In this document: piece after piece, positions 61,358 to 64,000 of the stretch
How positions within the stretch are numbered: the first letter of the stretch is position 1
Layout of the letters: each line of letters opens with the position of its first letter
Source: Lingula anatina
Taxonomy: Eukaryota > Animalia > Brachiopoda
NCBI GenBank assembly: GCA_051362555.1
Contig: CM120641.1
Coordinates: 31,750,401 to 31,814,400 of the forward strand
Length of the DNA: 64,000 nt
Direction: 5' to 3'
The notes under the pieces: model-generated
The model's database searches: none
The model's input: only the letters and a program-made list of their open reading frames with translations
Told to the model about the DNA's origin: nothing
Position numbers and translations under genes: made by a program

Positions 61358-63032
61358 GTAAACTAAAAAGTCTGTATTGTAAGAATTTCTCATGTCGTAA
61401 ATCAGGTAAAGGTGATTGAGTACTTGATAATTTCTCGTCTGCCATTTCTTCGCAAAATGTGATCAAGCAGTTTAGTCTTTACTTGCCTCAGTTTGCGGGT
61501 CTTTTAAAAGGTACAAATGGATAGAATTGGACCGACAAAGACCGCTAGGTACGCAAATAAAACCTCTCTGAGATCGCATTTGGGTTCTGCATCGTAGAAA
61601 TTAATTTACTTCAGACATGCTGAAAACTATTCAGAATGGTCGGACATTTGGGCCGGTAGTAATGGAAAATGGGTACTTTTGTAGTATACCCCCCCCCCCC
61701 CCCCCCACCCTGTAACTTTCGCTTTTCAAATAGTTTTTTACAGTTTTTTTACATTTTGTTGTTCATCTATGTCAAAACTGTTTAAATAAAATGTTTTTGT
61801 AATTACCTGTGGTCTTTTTCAAGTTACCAGTATTATTAGGGTAGCTCACTTTGTTTGTGAATGTGATAGGTTTGAAATGGAAGGGAAAAACGCTTTGGGT
61901 CTTATATAATTTTATTTGTGAAGTATGTTGATTGATGGCTGTGAATTCAAAATTGCGGCTCTTAAAACTCCTTTGGACCGACTAAGTCAAATTTTTTACC
62001 AGTCAAGACAAATTTTGCCAGTCATGACTGATCGGACTGACGATTTCAGCATGTCTGTACTTTTGAACCAGAAAGATGTTTTATAAACAACTACCACAGG
62101 CACAGTAGACTAAGCGGTGTACCTAAACACTGTCCACAACCAAGCACAACCGACCACTATCATCCACAACCGTCCACAAGCATTCTCCCATATGGAATAG
62201 TTGGAAAATCGGGTAATAATTAGAAAATTAACATAAGACAGTGCCTTGCTGTGAAAAAAAAAAAAAACGTATAGGGCCCAGAAAGAGGTCATGGACAACT
62301 GTTTATTATTTTCAGTCCCCAGGAGGTGTTGCCACCCCGCAAATTTATGGACAACTGCTGACTATTTACCTTGTGCAAAATGACTTGTAAGTATAAATAT
62401 TAGACTTTTTACATTTTGGAAAACAGTAAGCTATTTAAAGACACACATTGGAAGATTTTCCTGCAAAAAAAAGCTCATACATATGAATTATCTGGGAGTA
62501 ATTGATATTTTTCTCTTACCAACCGACCAATGATCCCCCTTTCATGACACTTCCCATTTACTAACTCTGTAATGATCTGGGAAAATTCAAAAGTCCTTTA
62601 ATGTTTTTTTTTTTTTTCAAATTCCACCATTCCTCCAAGTCAGTTATCACAATGACTTCAGGGTTGTGCACGGTTTAGAATAGTGCCAAACTAAATGACT
62701 GTTAGAGAGAATTGCCAGGAGTTAGTCAGTTTGATAACTTTCGGCAACATCAATTCATGGCATTTATAATATATGCAAAAATATTATCAAAAAGTATTAC
62801 GTGGCTTCAGATAAATTCACAAAAGTGGTTTATGTGCTTAACATGTGTTAAAATCTTATCTTGTCACGTTAAGGCTATCATTAAAATTATATCATCAGTT
62901 CTGTCCCTTATTAAACTATGACAAAAGCTATTTAGTGGTGATAATTTTTTTCCTCACATTTTTATTTATGCGTTTATTTTCAGAAATAATGCCAAATATC
63001 TGTGGAAGAGAATACCTGCAGCAGTAAAGTCG
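61286..63032 (+). CDS. COPS8: COP9 signalosome subunit 8, first three exons (3'-partial)
   Basis: Exons 61286-61357, 62316-62386 and 62984-63032 translate to [64 protein letters not shown], matching CSN8 [41 protein letters not shown]. Not recovered by the ORF track. Confidence 0.93.
61612..62057. mobile_element. MITE with CAGACATGCTGAAA TIRs, 5-bp TSD TACTT
   Basis: Perfect 14-bp TIRs, TACTT on both sides, in COPS8 intron 1. Confidence 0.85.
62316..62386 (+). CDS. COPS8: COPS8 exon 2
   Basis: TTTTCAG| acceptor, |GTAAGT donor, 71 nt. Confidence 0.93.
62984..63032 (+). CDS. COPS8: COPS8 exon 3
   Basis: TTTTCAG| acceptor, |GTACGT donor, 49 nt. Confidence 0.93.
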
Positions 63033-64000
63033 GTACGTATAGTGCACTACTGTTCAGAGATATTTTCTGACAGTCTTCCAAATTTATCTTTGTTGATCCA
63101 TCCTCCATTTTTGACAGAATTCTGACAAAAAAAAATTAGATGCTCATCACTGTAAACTTGAAAATTTCTAACCCTCTTCTGAAAGACCCAGAAGATGGCC
63201 TGCATAAAATGTTTCTCAGATTAAAAATGCTTCTGTATAGACCCATTTGAGCCTGCGTCATCAACACAAACGGCAGCCATACTGGAGGGAAACCCGAATC
63301 ATCTGCTGCCCATGAACAAGCCATGTCTGTACAAGTAAATTATCAAAAAAACACAGAAGCGTTTGATGACAGGTACGAAAGGCAGCTAGATGACACACAA
63401 GGTAGAAGCAGCAAAAAAATATTCCTAGATCTTTGTGACCAGCTGAGGAGACAGGATTTGAACATCAGGAGACTGAAATCCAGTGCATGACAGGAGTTAT
63501 TTAATTGGATTTGTATGAAGCGACACTCAGAACTGAAAATATAACACTGAAAGAACGGATCAGTTCTTTTTATTTGTCAGAGAAATTTCGAGAAAATGAT
63601 CATTGGGTTCTGAATTTTACTCGTTTTCCTAACTTTGCTCTTTTAATGATTGTTTTTGAAGAGAATCTGCCAAGTATGTTTATTTGTTCTCAATTCCAAA
63701 GTTATCACAACTCTGTAGAAAACAAGAATCATTCTGCCATGCATGTTAATTGCATGTGACTTTAAAGTGTCTCCTCATCCCTTTCAAAAATTTTGGTCAC
63801 ATGTAACAATGTCATGTATGTACACTCCAAACCTTTTGTCCCATGGCCTGACGGGAATTGCTAAAGAAAATCTGACTATACACATTTAGTTCTTGTAGGT
63901 TGCGCATTCTTAACAATTGTGACCACCAGTTGTGGACTTCTAAATAAATTGACAAATTGCTTAGTAACAGCATCTAGGGCCCCTGATAATCTGTCATTGA

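Overview
AT-rich, intron- and transposon-rich animal genomic DNA (probably a marine invertebrate; this is inferred from the repeat types). Reading splice sites and codon phases by hand gives four spliced genes in two head-to-head pairs. Pair 1 is PLEKHA8/PLEKHA3-like FAPP (minus strand, 6 coding exons, runs off the left edge) and FKBP14/FKBP7-like ER PPIase (plus, 4 exons, 214 aa, ends HDEL). Pair 2 is MPND (minus, 14 coding exons, RAMA + JAMM domains) and COPS8 (plus, first 3 exons, runs off the right edge). Introns and the intergenic region hold at least three non-autonomous Helentron-like (HINE/DINE-1 type) families, one carrying a 146-bp satellite with a perfect nuclear-receptor DR1 site in each monomer. 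They also hold Kolobok-like TTAA MITEs, several MITE families with 5-bp target duplications, and L2/CR1, Tx1 and Penelope-like remnants. The most notable observations are a tandem minimal hammerhead ribozyme motif next to the bidirectional promoter, near-total co-orientation of Helentron-like copies with their host genes, the DR1-bearing 146-bp array, and the FKBP-PLEKHA head-to-head synteny shared with vertebrates. No database searches were run.
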